This document shows positions 47,308 through 61,063 of a DNA stretch of 64,000 bases, piece by piece. The notes below the pieces were generated by a model, which did not search any database, had not been told where the DNA came from, and saw only the letters and a program-made list of their open reading frames with translations. The stretch's first letter is position 1. Each line of letters starts with the position of its first letter. The stretch is from Marsupella aquatica (Eukaryota; Plantae; Marchantiophyta): contig OZ316892.1 in NCBI GenBank assembly GCA_973895155.1, forward strand, positions 13,389,270 through 13,453,269, given 5' to 3'. The position numbers and the translations under genes are program-made.

Positions 47308-49149
47308 TGATAGATATTATCAAACCTTTGAGCAATTCCTTGATGATTGGAAGCTTGAACCCGCAATTAATTTACATTCAATTGTCATGACACAACATCT
47401 TTATTTGTGAGTGTATAGCAGGGTATCAGATGATTGGAAGCTTGAATCTGCAGTTTACATTCAATTGTCATGACACAACATCTTCTTAATTTGTGAATGT
47501 ACAGCCCAGATGTACAGCAGGGTATCAAACTTGCCTATGTCCATGGAGATTGCATTGACAATGCCACAGTCTATCTGACCATCTATTTGCAAATTTTTTG
47601 CATTATTTGTAGACCTATTTGCAGGTAAAGGTTTCCCAAAATAAAAGGTGACTTATCTTGCCTTGGTCTCCACTATGACAATGGCATAACTAAAACTAGT
47701 TACCACCGTGGTTAGCACTAGAACTTGATGTCATTCCTATGTGTAAGCAAGTTGTGTAGAGTACCTTAGTTTGCAGAATCCTCATGAATTGGGTTTAATG
47801 TATTTCATAAGAAAACCTATTAAGATTTGATTACGGACCTCCATTAGGGGTCTCTTGCAAATTCTCTGGCACTAGGATGCGCCACATCATCAAGGATGGT
47901 GACAAACAGGACAGAGCAAGTTTCCTGTAAAACAAAAAGGGCTCTGTCGTGTTGTGACAAAAGCAACATATTTCTTGGGGCGCCATGCCATAACTATTAA
48001 ACGTAAAAAAAAGAATACAAGGGAAGAGATAACGTATTTTTCACTGTAACTATATTAGTTACCATTCAAGTATTCTAAAATTGTTTAGTATGTCTCTAAA
48101 TGCCTCGAAAATAGAGCAAGTAACGTAAAGTAACGTCACACATGATGCTCTCGAAAACCAAAGCAGTTCAGTTGGCCTGCAGTTTGCATTTCTCTCTATA
48201 GCGCGCTGGCTCTCGTCTTTTTGGTGTGGTCTTGTCTTTGTGGATGAGAAGAAACCAAAATAACACAAATTCTGCATGATGCCGTGATTCCATTGCGGAT
48301 TGGAAGAATTTGGGCTTGTTGTGGCAGAGCATTTCGGTGGGAATTTGAAGCTTGCTTTTTGACCAATTTTGAAATGTCTGGACAGCTTTAGCTGTGCCTG
48401 AGGTGGGCTCCTTGGTGAGGCGACGATCTGGTCGACAATTGATTGATAGAAATCTCTTTCGAGGTGGAACCAGGTGAGAGATTCTGATTGTTATGGAAGT
48501 ATGCACTTTACTTAATAATCGAACTCGGTCTTGATATGTGTATTGCTCAAAATAAAACAATTTCACTTCATCACACACACACACATTCTTTGGATGAACT
48601 TGGGGGTCCACGGATTAATTTTTTGATGAGAAACTACACTAGAGCAAGCTACAAACTATATGAGGCCTTGCTTAGACCGCTAGTAAAGCAATTAAAACTA
48701 TGTTTGCAGATGATCATGGAAAAAACTCAACTAGAAAATCATGAGAAACATGCCTAATTTGCAGTGATAATTTTTCTATTAATTAAACAAAAATATAACT
48801 GAGGTTGCATATGCCACATACATAAACTTAAATTTAGTTTTCTTATCTAAAGAAAGTTTGCATACATGTCTTTTAGTGTTTTTTGGTAGTGTTTGGGAAA
48901 AAATATTGCTTATATAAAGGTAAGTGAATTGCTCATGGAATTACCATTATATTTTGGGAGTAAGCTCTTGCCTTACTTGTACCAAGGGAACTCTTGTATA
49001 GGGGGCCCTTATAGAGACTGGCCAACTCTAGTTGCATCCACACTTGATAGTGAACCAGAGAATATCTAACTATGGTAGGATAATGAGAGATATGAATATA
49101 TATGGTAGCACATATATGCAATAATGATCTTACAACATGTAGGAAAGTC

Positions 49150-50900
49150 CACTACAAATTGATGTGGAGAGAGCTAATCCGATATTGCAAAACAATATTG
49201 TGACAAAAGTGTTATGAGACACAAGACAAAGAAAAACTTCTTCAATTACAATTGGCCAAACTCCCAATGATGACTTTGCCATGGCCAATAAACAAGAAGC
49301 GCTAAAAAGTCAAGAGACGGGAAGAGGCAAGCGCCCCTGTGACAATACACTAGCAAAAGGAGAAGAATTCTAGAAAACCTAACTGAGCTTCATGGGAATA
49401 AATTACAAGAATCCTCAGAGACAGAGCCAGAATGGCCCTCAGCCAGACTATGCAAAGCATGGAGGAATCATAGGTGAAATGGTCCCCACTAAACGCAAGA
49501 TCCTCCTCAAGTTCAAAATCCTCCACAAATAAAGGAAGTTGATCATAGGGAGATATGGAGATCATGAAGGGCGGTCAAGGTGACCTCACCAGGGGCTAGT
49601 GTGGTGGGGAAAAGGGCATGGACGACACAACAATATGTGCATGCCTGGTCTAGATGACAAGCGCAATAAATGCATCTATGCTCTAGAGGACGAGAGTGGC
49701 AAGTTGGGTCAGACAGAGCACATGTTGTAAAGTAGCGGACTCAAAGAAAGTACTCTTCTTGAAGCTGCTCCCAATCCCCCGGTAGAAAACTATGGACATG
49801 TGAAATACTCTCACGGTGACCCACACGACCACCATGACTAGGGAGGGGGAGAGTCCACTAAGTATGGAAAAATCATGACTGAGTAAAGACCAATAGGAGA
49901 CCTCAATAGGATGCGCCAAGATAATTTGCATGATATGCAACAAGGAGAGCTAAACTATTGGGCACAACACATGTGGGATATGGTTATAAAGGATAGGTCA
50001 AATGAACCCAAGAGTAGGTTGTAATGTGGTCTAGAGAGTGAACTCAACTCCATGCCTGCTCAGGGGCCAACAAAGAGGGAGGGTCAGAGCTAACAAGGGC
50101 AGGAGGGGGCTGAGACTAGGACTGCACTTACTGGCAACATTGGCACCAGCCTCGTTTGAGATCATGAGGAAGGGAGATGCTAACCCAACCACAGACAGGA
50201 CAAGGGTGAAGGGGGTGCTCTTCATGGAGGGAGCAAGGAAAGACTGGACGGGAGGTGGGGGTGGAACCAATGTGGACAAAGAAGCTTGAGAAGGATGCTA
50301 GAGGGGCGGAGGGGGTATGGGATGGAAAGAGGGGGGAAGGCGGGACAATGGGGTGGGCAATAGACTGGGGAATAAAAGGCAGGGCATGGGAGGAAGAAGG
50401 GGCAGGCAAAGCATTGGACACGGGTTCATCATGAAGATGAGAGAGATCCAATGAAGATGAACAAACAAGAAGGAGACCACAAGGGGTGGAAGAAGATGGG
50501 GGAGAAGTGGGTGGCAGTCTAGGGCATGAGTCCCGTGCCAACATTCTCAAGGCAGACATGGCAAAGCGCAGGCATAGAGAAGATAAAGTGCATCAAAGGC
50601 AAAGCAACAAAAGGCCCAATGAAGACATCTGAAAAGAAAAGAAAAATAATCGGGAAAATTGTGGAGGAAGCCCACTGTGTCAAGCCGAGACACTGCACCT
50701 CCAAAGCTGGCAAGCTAAAGTGTTGGGGACGTGTAGAGGTTTACCTCCAACCAGGTGATTGTGGTGGGGAGGAAACCAAAAGCTCCCGTTGGGGTGCTGA
50801 CCAATGATGTGCTGTTGTGGCTGAGAGCAAACTTGGATTGCCAAAACCGTCCAACAACAAATGTGGACCAACAATGATTGTGGTCAACAAGCGGCGGAGA
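49150..50900 (-). pseudogene. Highly degenerate non-LTR (CRE-like) retrotransposon remnant
   Basis: Fragmentary - strand translations LAPGEVTLTALHDLH and LGVWPIVIEEVFLCLVS resemble CRE-clade RT motifs (GVRPIAVGEVxRRLV); many stops and frameshifts. Confidence 0.4.
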
Positions 50901-51602
50901 CAATGGTGAAAATATAGGCCCTGTAGGGGGTGAAGTAGGCTCAAAATCGTTCCCGAAACAAATCGTGCCTAAATGTCGTAAGGAAACAGTGTTGGGAAGA
51001 CAAAATTGAATGTGGCCATACCTTTCTCAAAAGTCCATTTGGATTACACTTTGTATCGATCTTCATCACATCACCAAGATCTTTCTAGAGCACGTCACAA
51101 AATCTAGTATCCGATTGAACATTTGTGATCTCCTCCACAAGGCACACAAAAAGGAAGCAAAAATATGTGAGATGTCACTCAATAGGAAGCTGCAAGCCCA
51201 TGGAAACTGATTGATGGAAATTGAAGTGAAGCTGATGGAAATTGATGCATCAAATTGGAGCTGATGGAAACCGAAGGTGATTGCAACCAAAGATGAACAA
51301 AGGAAACTTTGAAACCAAACCTGATTGCAAGGGGAACTGAAGGTATCCAAAAAACCAGTGAAGCCGAAGCTGATTGAAACCAAAGTCAACTAAACGAGGT
51401 TTGAGGTCACTAAGATTAGCTTAGAAGGGAACTCGGAAACCAAAGCTGAGGGAACCCAAAGTGGCTGGAAACTGAAGTTGAGCTGACACCAAACTTGAAG
51501 CTGAGCCAAATGACAAAGCTCTAAAACCAAAGTAGATGACCAATGATGTAACACAAAGTTGTTGAGAATTGAAAGTCCAATCACAACAGGTCGAAGGAAG
51601 GC

Positions 51603-51737
51603 GTTGCCAAAATGTGCAAGAAAGTCAAAGAAAACTGTTGAAAACTAGTTGCCAAAATGTACAAGAAAGTCAAAGAAAACTGTTGAAAACTAGTTGCCAA
51701 ATGTGCAAGAAAGTCAAAGAAGAGTGTTGAAAACTAA
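51603..51737. repeat. ~44-bp tandem repeat, 3 copies
   Basis: gttgccaaaatgt(g/a)caagaaagtcaaagaaaactgttgaaaacta repeated three times. Confidence 0.85.
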
Positions 51738-52339
51738 TTTGAGCATAACAATGTCGATACTAGACCATTTGGGCAGCTTTGGGTATCAATGTTTTGCACT
51801 GCAAGAAGAGCTATCGAAATCATTTGAGAAAACCTGAGTTCATGCAGAATTGACCTAGAGATGACCGCCGCAGCTGGTCGGAAGAAGGTGCTGCCAAAAT
51901 TTGTAGGAAGGTTGAAGAAAAATGTCAAAACCCAAACATGGCATAACTTTCTCAAAATTTGACCATTTGGGCCGCAATTTGGATCTATCCTCACCGCATT
52001 GCCAAGAGGTTTTTAGAGCCAACAAGAAATCCAGAATCCTAGTAGGATAAACAAAGTTATGAGCCAAATCTGCCAAAATCACCAGAATCCAGATTTGAGA
52101 GGAGAGCTTTGAACTCACATAAAAGGAGTTCAGAGAGTTTACTTGGTCATCCTTTTTTTTCAGTGTTTTGAGATCTCCATCCTAAAATGAAGTCCTCAAA
52201 TGCCTTTGTTCATGAGAATAAATATTTATGCATTAAAATCCTTTTAATCTAAATAATAGAATGCTTTTTTTCTAGATTTCATGCAAGCTTTGGCATTCTA
52301 TTTAAGGAAGCTCTGTATTCTATTGAGGAAAAAGTTTGT

Positions 52340-52780
52340 GACAAAGATCTTGTTGGAGCTTTTTGATATGGATTAAAAGAGTATATATATCCATGTTATC
52401 TTTCATTATAGGGATCCTGTTTGAGCAGAAAGTTGTTATAAAGGAAGTCAATGCCAAGTGTTGGCATCAGAGATGGCCATGCACCCCAATAGAAAACAGG
52501 GGATCTAGAATAGAAGGCTCTGATTTCTTTTATAAAGGATGATGAGTACATCAATTGTGTGGTATGCACAAGGTTTGATATAATTGGGCCCTTGGAGCTA
52601 ATAGTGAGGAGTATAAGTGCAAGTTTCAAAAATTATGTCCAGCTTTTCACTACCTATTTCCCAAACTGGTTGAAATTACTAACATGCTTTCCAAACCAAT
52701 GTAATTATATGGTTTGGTGTATTTTGACTATATCAATCAAGATGATTCACGATTGGTTTGCAGACTCATGGAGGCTCATG
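52340..52780 (+). pseudogene. Possible very old Copia RT/RNase H fragment
   Basis: VCTRFDII resembles the Copia VCTRPDI motif; the rest is degraded. Confidence 0.3.
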
Positions 52781-54901
52781 ATTTGGCCATGCTAACCCCA
52801 TCTAGTTGTACCTTCAATGGACCAGATTCTCCCATCCAATTACTCACCAGAATGGGGATGTTAACCACTATCTACAAGCAAAACTGTCGCATTTTGGTTC
52901 CCCTCATTTCCCCCATTTTCCCCACTTCTCCCACTTCCAAGGTCCGAGGGGTTAGCTTGGACAAATTATGAACCTCCATATGCTCCACGCCATCTTCGAG
53001 TTAGCCTAGTCTGGTTAAACCAACCCACATAAAAAATGGGAAATAAACTGATAATCAAATTGGAGATTTTGACTACTGTAGCTTAGGGACAGGAAAAAAA
53101 AAAAATGTCTTACTTAACATAAACATAATTAATATATGATCTGCGCTATACTCTCCGCCACTCCGGCCGTCCTAATCCTACGGTGCCCTAGCGGATCCGA
53201 CGCTTATCCTCTTTCACGCAAGTCGCCAACCGGACTACTACAGTACTGTACTGTACCTCCTCTTCTCCCGTAGCGCTCCGACTCTAAACAACGTTCTCGC
53301 TCTAGCTCCCGTAGCCCTCCCACTGTAACAACGTTTCTCTCTCTCCCTCTCTTCCCTCTCTTCCCTCTCTTTGCTGGTGACTGTCGTGGAGGCCTATAAT
53401 AAACAAGCGCACATATGGGTTTCTCCAGATCCGGCGCGATTCAAGTTTCTGTCTCTACTAGCGAGCGAGATCGCCGTTCTTCGTCTCGTGGCTCCTCCAT
53501 TCTGCAGTGCAAAGGAATCACACAACCCAGATGAGTCAGTCGACCAACAATGAATAAGAATCGGGTCATTTCTACATAGTTGGTGGTGGGTGCGTTGATC
53601 TACTCACTGCTGTGTGCCGGGCAAGTCGACTACAGTACTGTAGTAGTGGAGTCGTAGCGAGTTCCATGTTCCCGTTCATGCACTACTCAACAATCACGCA
53701 ATGGCTGAGCCCTCGTTCGCTCGGCACATTGCTCGGTCGCTCTAGATAAGGAGTATGGTGTTGTTGTTGGCTTGTCTTAGTGGGCAATGATTCGGATGCT
53801 CAGAGCAAAAGGGGACGTTTGTGTGCCGTGGAGGATCGGGGATCTTTGCTCTGAAGGTCGGTGAGGCGATCTGACTCGACTCGACTCGACTCTCCTCTCG
53901 CAGCTCGGAGTGAGGGATGATTTGCCGCTGGGTTTCACGATACCGTTCGTAATTTGTTCTCCCTGCGATGCGAGGCTGGCTGGGGTTCGTATGACGAGAT
54001 GGTGACGACGAGGCTCTGTGCAGAGGTAGCAGCAGGGGAAACGCGCCGTCGCTGATTTACCCGCTCTCTGGCTCTTTGGCTTGTCGTGACTCTAGCTCTC
54101 AATTTCTATAAACATCGGTCTGTGGGTAATTGTTCAACTGCCCTGTCTCAGGATGCGGCGGGGCGCCGTCTTGTTTGTTATTACCTGATGGACGGATAGC
54201 GGATGCAAAAGCGATTTCGTCGTTGGCCAGGTCGTCGTCGTCGTCGTTTCGTTTTGTTTTCTAATAGTGATCGTGCTTTCCTTACCACTGCGGGGGACTT
54301 TGACGGGCCGTAGAATTTGAACATGGACGTCTAATGGTTGCTCGATCAGTGGTGCGGCGGACAATTGGAGGCAGGCAGGGGTTTTCTCTGCGTCGGCCTG
54401 AGCGTAAACTATCCCAGTATTGTAGAAGCTCTGGTTTGCAGCTTGTGATGTATACGGCCGTTGTGTGTGTCGCATAGGTCCTCCCTCTTGCCAGTTCTCC
54501 GTTCTGTCAGTATTGGACCTTGCGGGGGGTTAATTATTAGCTTGAGCCTCGAGCTTGCGGAAGAAGTGAGACAAACAATAGCTTCAGTTCCTTTTAAGAC
54601 TGATGATTAAATTCTACCTTTCGCCGATCTGAGGTTCCCAGCCGATGGCAAGGACAGCCAAAGTCTGATATAATCCGACGACTGACGAGCAGCGCTAGGT
54701 TAGGGCAGTGAGAGCCAGAATTTCACGTTTACCGATTCTGTCATCAGCAGAGTACTCGTCAAAATGAATTTTGGCTCTGGCAGGATAAAAAGGATGAAGT
54801 AGTTAAGCTGTCTACGGGATTTGAATTCACGGCACAGAGGCAAACATACTTTTGGGCAAGTGGAGGTGATATGTGAAGCGGACGGAGGGTAGGGTTGGAA
54901 A

Positions 54902-57258
54902 ATGGAGACCGATTCACGGTTAGGAGCGAAGGGGAACGTGGAAATGGTTCCTCTTCAGCAGCAGGTTCAAGTGCAGAATGTGGGAGGAGGAGCGGCACTG
55001 GTACTCACTCCTAGCATGGACAGTAACCTTCCCCAACCCGTCTACATGCTGGGGTTGGGACAAGTAATGACAGACGAACAGCTGGAAACTTTGAGACGGC
55101 AGATTTCAGTGTACTCAACTATTTGCCATCAACTAGTGGAGATGCACAAAGCAAGTGTTTCAGCACAGTCTACTCTAGCCGGTTAGTTTCTTCGCTTCCT
55201 ACTCCACTCTATCGATGGTCAGGTGGCATTTTGATTTTCTCAAATGAATTGTCTTTGCAATCTTATCGCAATAGGCTTGAAGTGTATGAAAACATTTCGG
55301 GAAATGTGGGAGCTGACATAATTGATGATATAGGCTGAAGAGGGATAAGTCAGTTGGCGCCTGCAATTGTGTCGCGGTTTCACGCTTAGTCTCATTAGTT
55401 GTACTTTAAGAGCAAGAATTCTCAACACAGGTATTACGAGCAGAACGCTTATTGCTTTGCAGTTTGGAGCTGTCAGGATTAGTTGCAATTGGTGATCATT
55501 AATAAGGTTCTCCATCTAGGTATCACAGCAATTGGCTTATCGCTCTGGAGTTTGGAGCTTCCAGGATTAGTTGCAATTGCTGATCATTAATAAGGTTGCT
55601 CCATCTAGGTATCAAGACAATTGAATCCTTATCTTCTTTGATACTATTTGCCAAGCTGTGGAGCGGTCCCTGGCTTGCTGTTCAGCACTATTAAGAGCCA
55701 TTTCCTGATCTATCTAAACTCACATCGGCATCTATTTATCTTATCCCCTTCTACACTAGATGTCTCAAAAGCTTACTCTCTCTTTTCTATGGTAGGTGAG
55801 CAAAGTTTAAGTTTTTGGTTTTACATTTTCATGAAGTCGGAAGGAAGCGGATGTAGAAATTCATATTTAAAGATGGGTCGTAGGAATCTATATGTAAAGA
55901 TGGGCCGTTGTACCTTCGCAAATAAGCTTGACCCCCATGGCTTTTTCTGAGAGTAATCACTTAACAATGTGACTGAGTTTTCTGTGACGTGAGCTGTGGG
56001 AGGACTAAGCATGAAAACTCCTCTTCGGAAATCTTGCTGTCGCTTTCATATATTTGACTGGAGCCATATCTTGCTTCTAGGTATGGTGGTGGGTCGGCAT
56101 GTTGCCTATGATCCTCTTGTGGGCACTCCAAATCATAAAACCACAGCAAGACAGCGGTGGACACCAAGTCAAAGTCAGCTTCAGATTCTAGAGAGGCTCT
56201 TTGATCAAGGAAATGGTACTCCACACAAGACACGGCTCAAGGAGATAACAGCAGAATTAAGTCAGCATGGGCAGATTGCAGAGACCAATGTGTACAATTG
56301 GTTTCAGAATAGGAAGGCACGGGCGAAGAGAAAACAACAAATTGTATCAACCAAAGATGGAGAGTCAGAGGTCGATACAGATAATGACTCACCAAACGAG
56401 AAAAAGCCCAAGTTTGACAAGGACTCAGGTCAGGAGTACTCCAACAGTGGTGGGCTGCCTGAGACTGGCTCTGATGGAGGTGGCACGTACGATCAGAAAC
56501 CTAACATCATGGAGCCTTATGATCAGCAAGAAAGTGCCTCGTCGCACATGCAAGTGCAGGCGGATACGACCCAAGGGTTCGGCAGAGGTGTGCCTTTCGA
56601 GCATGGGTACCCAAAAAGCGGTGAGCAATCTTATTATCTCCGTGGTTACCTGTCGGGCTGTTCAAATGTCTCACACTCCCACTTTTGAGCTATATTTTCC
56701 ACCTGGCTTTACTGTTATCTGAAGATCTTACACTTTGGCTGACGACATCTGGAATGACTGATCCATAGATCAAATTACTCCATCGGCTCAAGTGTTCCAA
56801 ATCCCGATATTCTTTTGTCAAGAGCTAATCCTATTTCGCTCTACCGTGCCAAGTTCTGTGTCTCGTTTGATAGAGTCGTTCCTTCTTGATGTCCTTAGTA
56901 GTGAGGTCAAACATGAGATGCTGGAAGACTTCATACATAGACCTGACGTCGGAGAATTTATCATCACGTGGGTAAGAATTTAGTCGTAGTAGCGGTGATT
57001 ATCTTTTATAATTGTTGGCTGACATTATTGTAACATCTCTGGACAGGTGCGAAGGACACCGCGCTTTTGAATATAATGGTCGACGGCAAGCTTTTGGAGA
57101 TACCTTCAGGAGTGATTGATGTGAAGGGTAGCTTTGGAGAGACGGCAGTTTTACTGGATTCTCATGGGCAAAATGTTCGAACCGATGACGCAGGAATGAC
57201 TCTACAACCCCTTCATGCAGGGGAGAGCTACAGGTTAACCACAGGGTATGTAAAGTAA
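54902..57258 (+). CDS. WOX13: WUSCHEL-related homeobox protein, WOX13/ancient-clade type. Exons 54902-55181, 56081-56620, 57047-57258
   Basis: WOX13-type N-terminal [30 protein letters not shown]; homeodomain [15 protein letters not shown]...[19 protein letters not shown]; phase-1 GT-AG introns keep frame. Confidence 0.92.
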
Positions 57259-59464
57259 ATGGCCGATAGATTCTCTCTTGAGCACGAAGTCTAATGCTGC
57301 GTCTGTTCCTGAAGGTTTGGCTTAGTTGATCAACAGGCAATGATGAAACTAGCTTGATGCCATGCAAACGTTGTAAATTCAAGGCTTTGAGAATGTTCTG
57401 ATGACAGTATTTTGATCAACATCTGTCCGTACAGCCTGGTCGATGGCCTGGGGCGGTCAGGATCTGAAGGCATGCACGGACATCCCGTACAGAAGGTAGT
57501 GGGCGCGTTTAATAATGGTGAGAGTCAGATGCTTGAATGATCTTGAATTTGTACCTGCGAATTGTGGACCGTTCAGGGATGATAAAGTTGTTCTTTTTCA
57601 TGTTTGCAAGCTGACCTCTAGTTTTCCATTAGCGACGATCAGACGGTTCCATACACAGTGTTTTTCCAGTCGTTTTACTAATTCGTGGTTTCTGTGAATG
57701 GTTGGATCAGGTGTAGGAAACGGTTCCTTGTTACGCCCACAAACGCAAAGTTAGAGGGCCTGGTTGGTAGAGAGCGCAGACATAGTGGCAAGACCTCTTC
57801 CAATGGGGGTATAAGCGCTGAATCTGCCTGAAAGAGTGCCCCTCTTAATATACAATGTAAGAATGTAGAAAATCGTCGTGACTCATGTGTGCACTTTCAG
57901 GTCATTTTGGTAACAATGACATTATTTGTGAAAGGGACTTTGCAACCTGCTGTCTCGTACAATTTCTGTCAAGGGACAAGTTTTTGGGGTTTGAGGAATT
58001 TCATACTGCAGTGCAAGGCAACCTTCGCCACTTTGCAAAGTGCCTTTGAAGTTTCAAACTATTAAAGGTAGGGATTTTAACTTATTCATCCAAGAATCCA
58101 CAAATGAAAATCTTGTGTCCCCACTCTAGAACTGCGTGGTATTCTTCTTTACCACTTTTAAGTTGATGGCAGCAGCAGGTTGCCAGAACCCCTGGCAAGT
58201 GCATGCTTTGGGATTGGTCCAAGCAAGAGCCGAGATGTCTGAGAATTTTGATTCATAATTTGTTTGTGATATTTTTAACATAGGATTTCCCTAGTTGGCC
58301 TTTAACTGGGTAAGGTTGTTTTGTCTTGTGTGCTGGCAGCTTGCTCAGTTCAAGGACATCAATGAGCTGTTTATGCCAGAGAATAAGTAGTTTCTCAAGA
58401 CTGTCCTTTCTAGGGAGTGCTTTGAGAGAACATGTTGTTTCTGCCAAGGGTAAAACGTGCCGGCCATAGTGGGCACATCGTGATAGTAGGCTCACTACTG
58501 GAACGACGTATGGGTCTGTAGTTTGTGCTGGTGAAGCTTATGTTTTCTGTGTTTAGTTCGATGTTGTGAAACTATGCTGGAGGGAGTAAATACTTGCAAT
58601 GGGATATGAGAGTGCCCCAGTCTTTACTGGTACTAGAAGTAATCAAGGTGAAAAATAAGTAGTGCAGCAAATGGGGATTCCTATCTGGTGCTGGCCAACA
58701 ATTGTCTATGTGACTACTATGAAAACCCTGAAAGCAATGAAGGACTGGAGCAAGTGATATATATTAACGAAATTGATAGGGGAAGTGTCACTTATCTTTT
58801 CAAGCTTGCTTTCTCCTAGCAGTGAATAAATTGATGGACAGGAGCTGTCTCTCGTCTCTGACTAAGAAACCTAACCTTCATTGCATCTCAATAAGAAAAG
58901 CAATGGAGGCTCTTATTATAACGTGCACTAGCAAACGAAAGAGATTCAAAGAGATCAGTGTGATGAACTTTTCACCTTGTATTAACATGTCTCAAAGTTG
59001 TGGGAGAAAATTTCACACATATCCTCTCCTTGGTCCCTTGGATGCTAAAGAAGATGATGATTTCAATATGTGAAAGACAATTACTAAACCAGCAATTGAC
59101 CACAGCACAAAGATACAAGATTTACCTCGTCTAGACTACATTTAGGGTTAAGAGAAGAATCTCTATGAACAATCATCTTTGAATAGACTACAGTTAGGGT
59201 TAAGAGAAGAATCTCTATGAACAATCATCTTTGTGGTTTGCATTTGTACCTTTCTTTTGAGTTTGGCGTTTGTCCTTTTTGGACCACTTTGTTTTTTCTC
59301 ATTGTACTTTGTTAAACTTCTTTTTATTAAATGGGTACTTTTCTTATGTCTTGAATAACAAAAGACATATGTAGCCAATTTTTTGGAAACTGAAAGGCAT
59401 CTGCAGAGGGATGATTGTACTGCTTAATATTGTAGTGTCATCCTGGTTTTGTGTATCTCGAGCA

Positions 59465-59690
59465 CCAACATGTTTCTAGTGACTTCGCATATTGTGTCAA
59501 TTGGTTCAATTGGTTTCTAGTTACTTTTACATGTTGTGCCAATTGGAAAGTGACTTTACATGTTGTGTCAATTCATTTTCCACCCACACCCCAATTACTT
59601 CATTTACACCCCTGGAGTCACAACATGTAAAGACACAACATGTAAAGTCACTAGAAACCAACTAGAAACCAATTGGACGCAAATTGGTAA
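59465..59690. repeat. Degenerate inverted/direct repeat cluster (MITE-like)
   Basis: gtgactttacatgttgtg versus cacaacatgtaaagtcac, and aattggtttctag versus ctagaaaccaatt. Confidence 0.5.
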
Positions 59691-60213
59691 ATGGACAACA
59701 GACTTGAATACTGTCACCTCTATCATGTTGAAAGAATGGACAATTAGGCTGGTTAGAGTGAAGACTCTACTGTGATTCTAGGACAATAACTGAAGTTGAG
59801 GGTGCAGGTGGAAAACAAAGATTGGATGCAGAGTGAGTTTCTGAATATGGCATGGAGTGTAACACCAGAAACCAATTGAATACAATAATGGACAACAAGT
59901 TTGCATGTGGCCACCTATTTTTGTTATAGCTATTAGCTATTATAGCTATTTGTTCTAATACTTTCCTATCTTAACTTATTCAAAAGTTATATGAAAGTTA
60001 TGTTATCATATCCTGTTTTAATTTACTAACATAATCATTGGAGATAAAGGAAACTGAAGCCAAGATGGACCACAATGTTGGACTTAGTGCTCCCATGGAG
60101 CGCAACCAAGGGAGTTTAAGGCCCATAACTTGATGAATCTGAGTCCTAAAATAATTGTTAGTTTTGCGCCCCAAGCAACTAGAGAAGGAGGAGACATAAG
60201 GAAACACAAACCC

Positions 60214-60558
60214 TGTTAGATATTGCTCTTAGTCTTGTGACTCATTAGTTAACCACAGTTAGGCTAACTCGGGTTCGGACTTAGCTAATGTTAGCGGTAG
60301 TGCTGTTGTGTATATTGCCAGGGCTAGTGCCAGCCCCTGGTGGAACTTAGGTTCATTGTTACGGAGCTAGTTGAGAGATAGGGAGAGTTTGTGCTGTGGA
60401 TGTTTGGTATGGCCGGTCGGCCTAGAGTACAGTAAAGCTCTTGTGTGTTCCCGTGGACGTAGCCTCATGTGGAGGTGAATCACGTATCTCTCTATGTCAA
60501 CTCTTGTACGTTGGATGGTTCATGGGCTTGCAGTTGCGAATGTCGTCTTTGCTCAACA
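60214..60558 (+). mobile_element. Solo LTR, Copia-like (345 bp)
   Basis: TGTT...AACA termini, 5-bp TSD AACCC (60209-60213 and 60559-60563), internal GTGGACGTAG...GTGAATCACGTA motif. Confidence 0.85.
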
Positions 60559-60804
60559 AACCCAACTCTACAACTATAATAAGGGATCGGGCCTGTTTTT
60601 GTCCTTTGTCCCAATACCAAAAAAACTCCTAGGCGGGAAAGATCCACAGCCGTTGGATTCGATTAGTTGTTTTCCCTGACCATTGATGGAATAAATGTGC
60701 ACCCCTGGCACATAAGTGCTTCCCGCTGCCCCATAAATACCCCGGCCCGACTCCCTATGGGCCGGCCCTCCTTGCACAGGGCAATGCAGTGGCATAGGGC
60801 TCAT

Positions 60805-61063
60805 ATTCCATATTAACACAATGAAAAGTCTTTTAATGGAATTTACCCCTCCTCATTTAATGACAAAAACTCAACCAAAGTGGCCAAAAAATCAATCACT
60901 TTGATAGAAATATAGCGTACCTACTCTTCTAGCATATCCTCAAAACTAAAACATAATGAATTTATAAATATCAAGTTATTACAATTAAACTTGAATTTTG
61001 AGAACTGTGGTTCATGGGGTTTCAAAGACCAACCTTGTGGTCCATGGGGGCTTCAAATTTGAG
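60805..61063 (+). repeat. Dispersed repeat, copy 2
   Basis: Matches 42915-43190. Confidence 0.7.

Noticed and set aside
59133-59235. Short tandem duplications (also ~2345-2455, 3935-4030, 47340-47530, 55460-55620, 62771-62876)
   Set aside because: Two-copy 50-90 bp local duplications, common repair or slippage products with no further structure.
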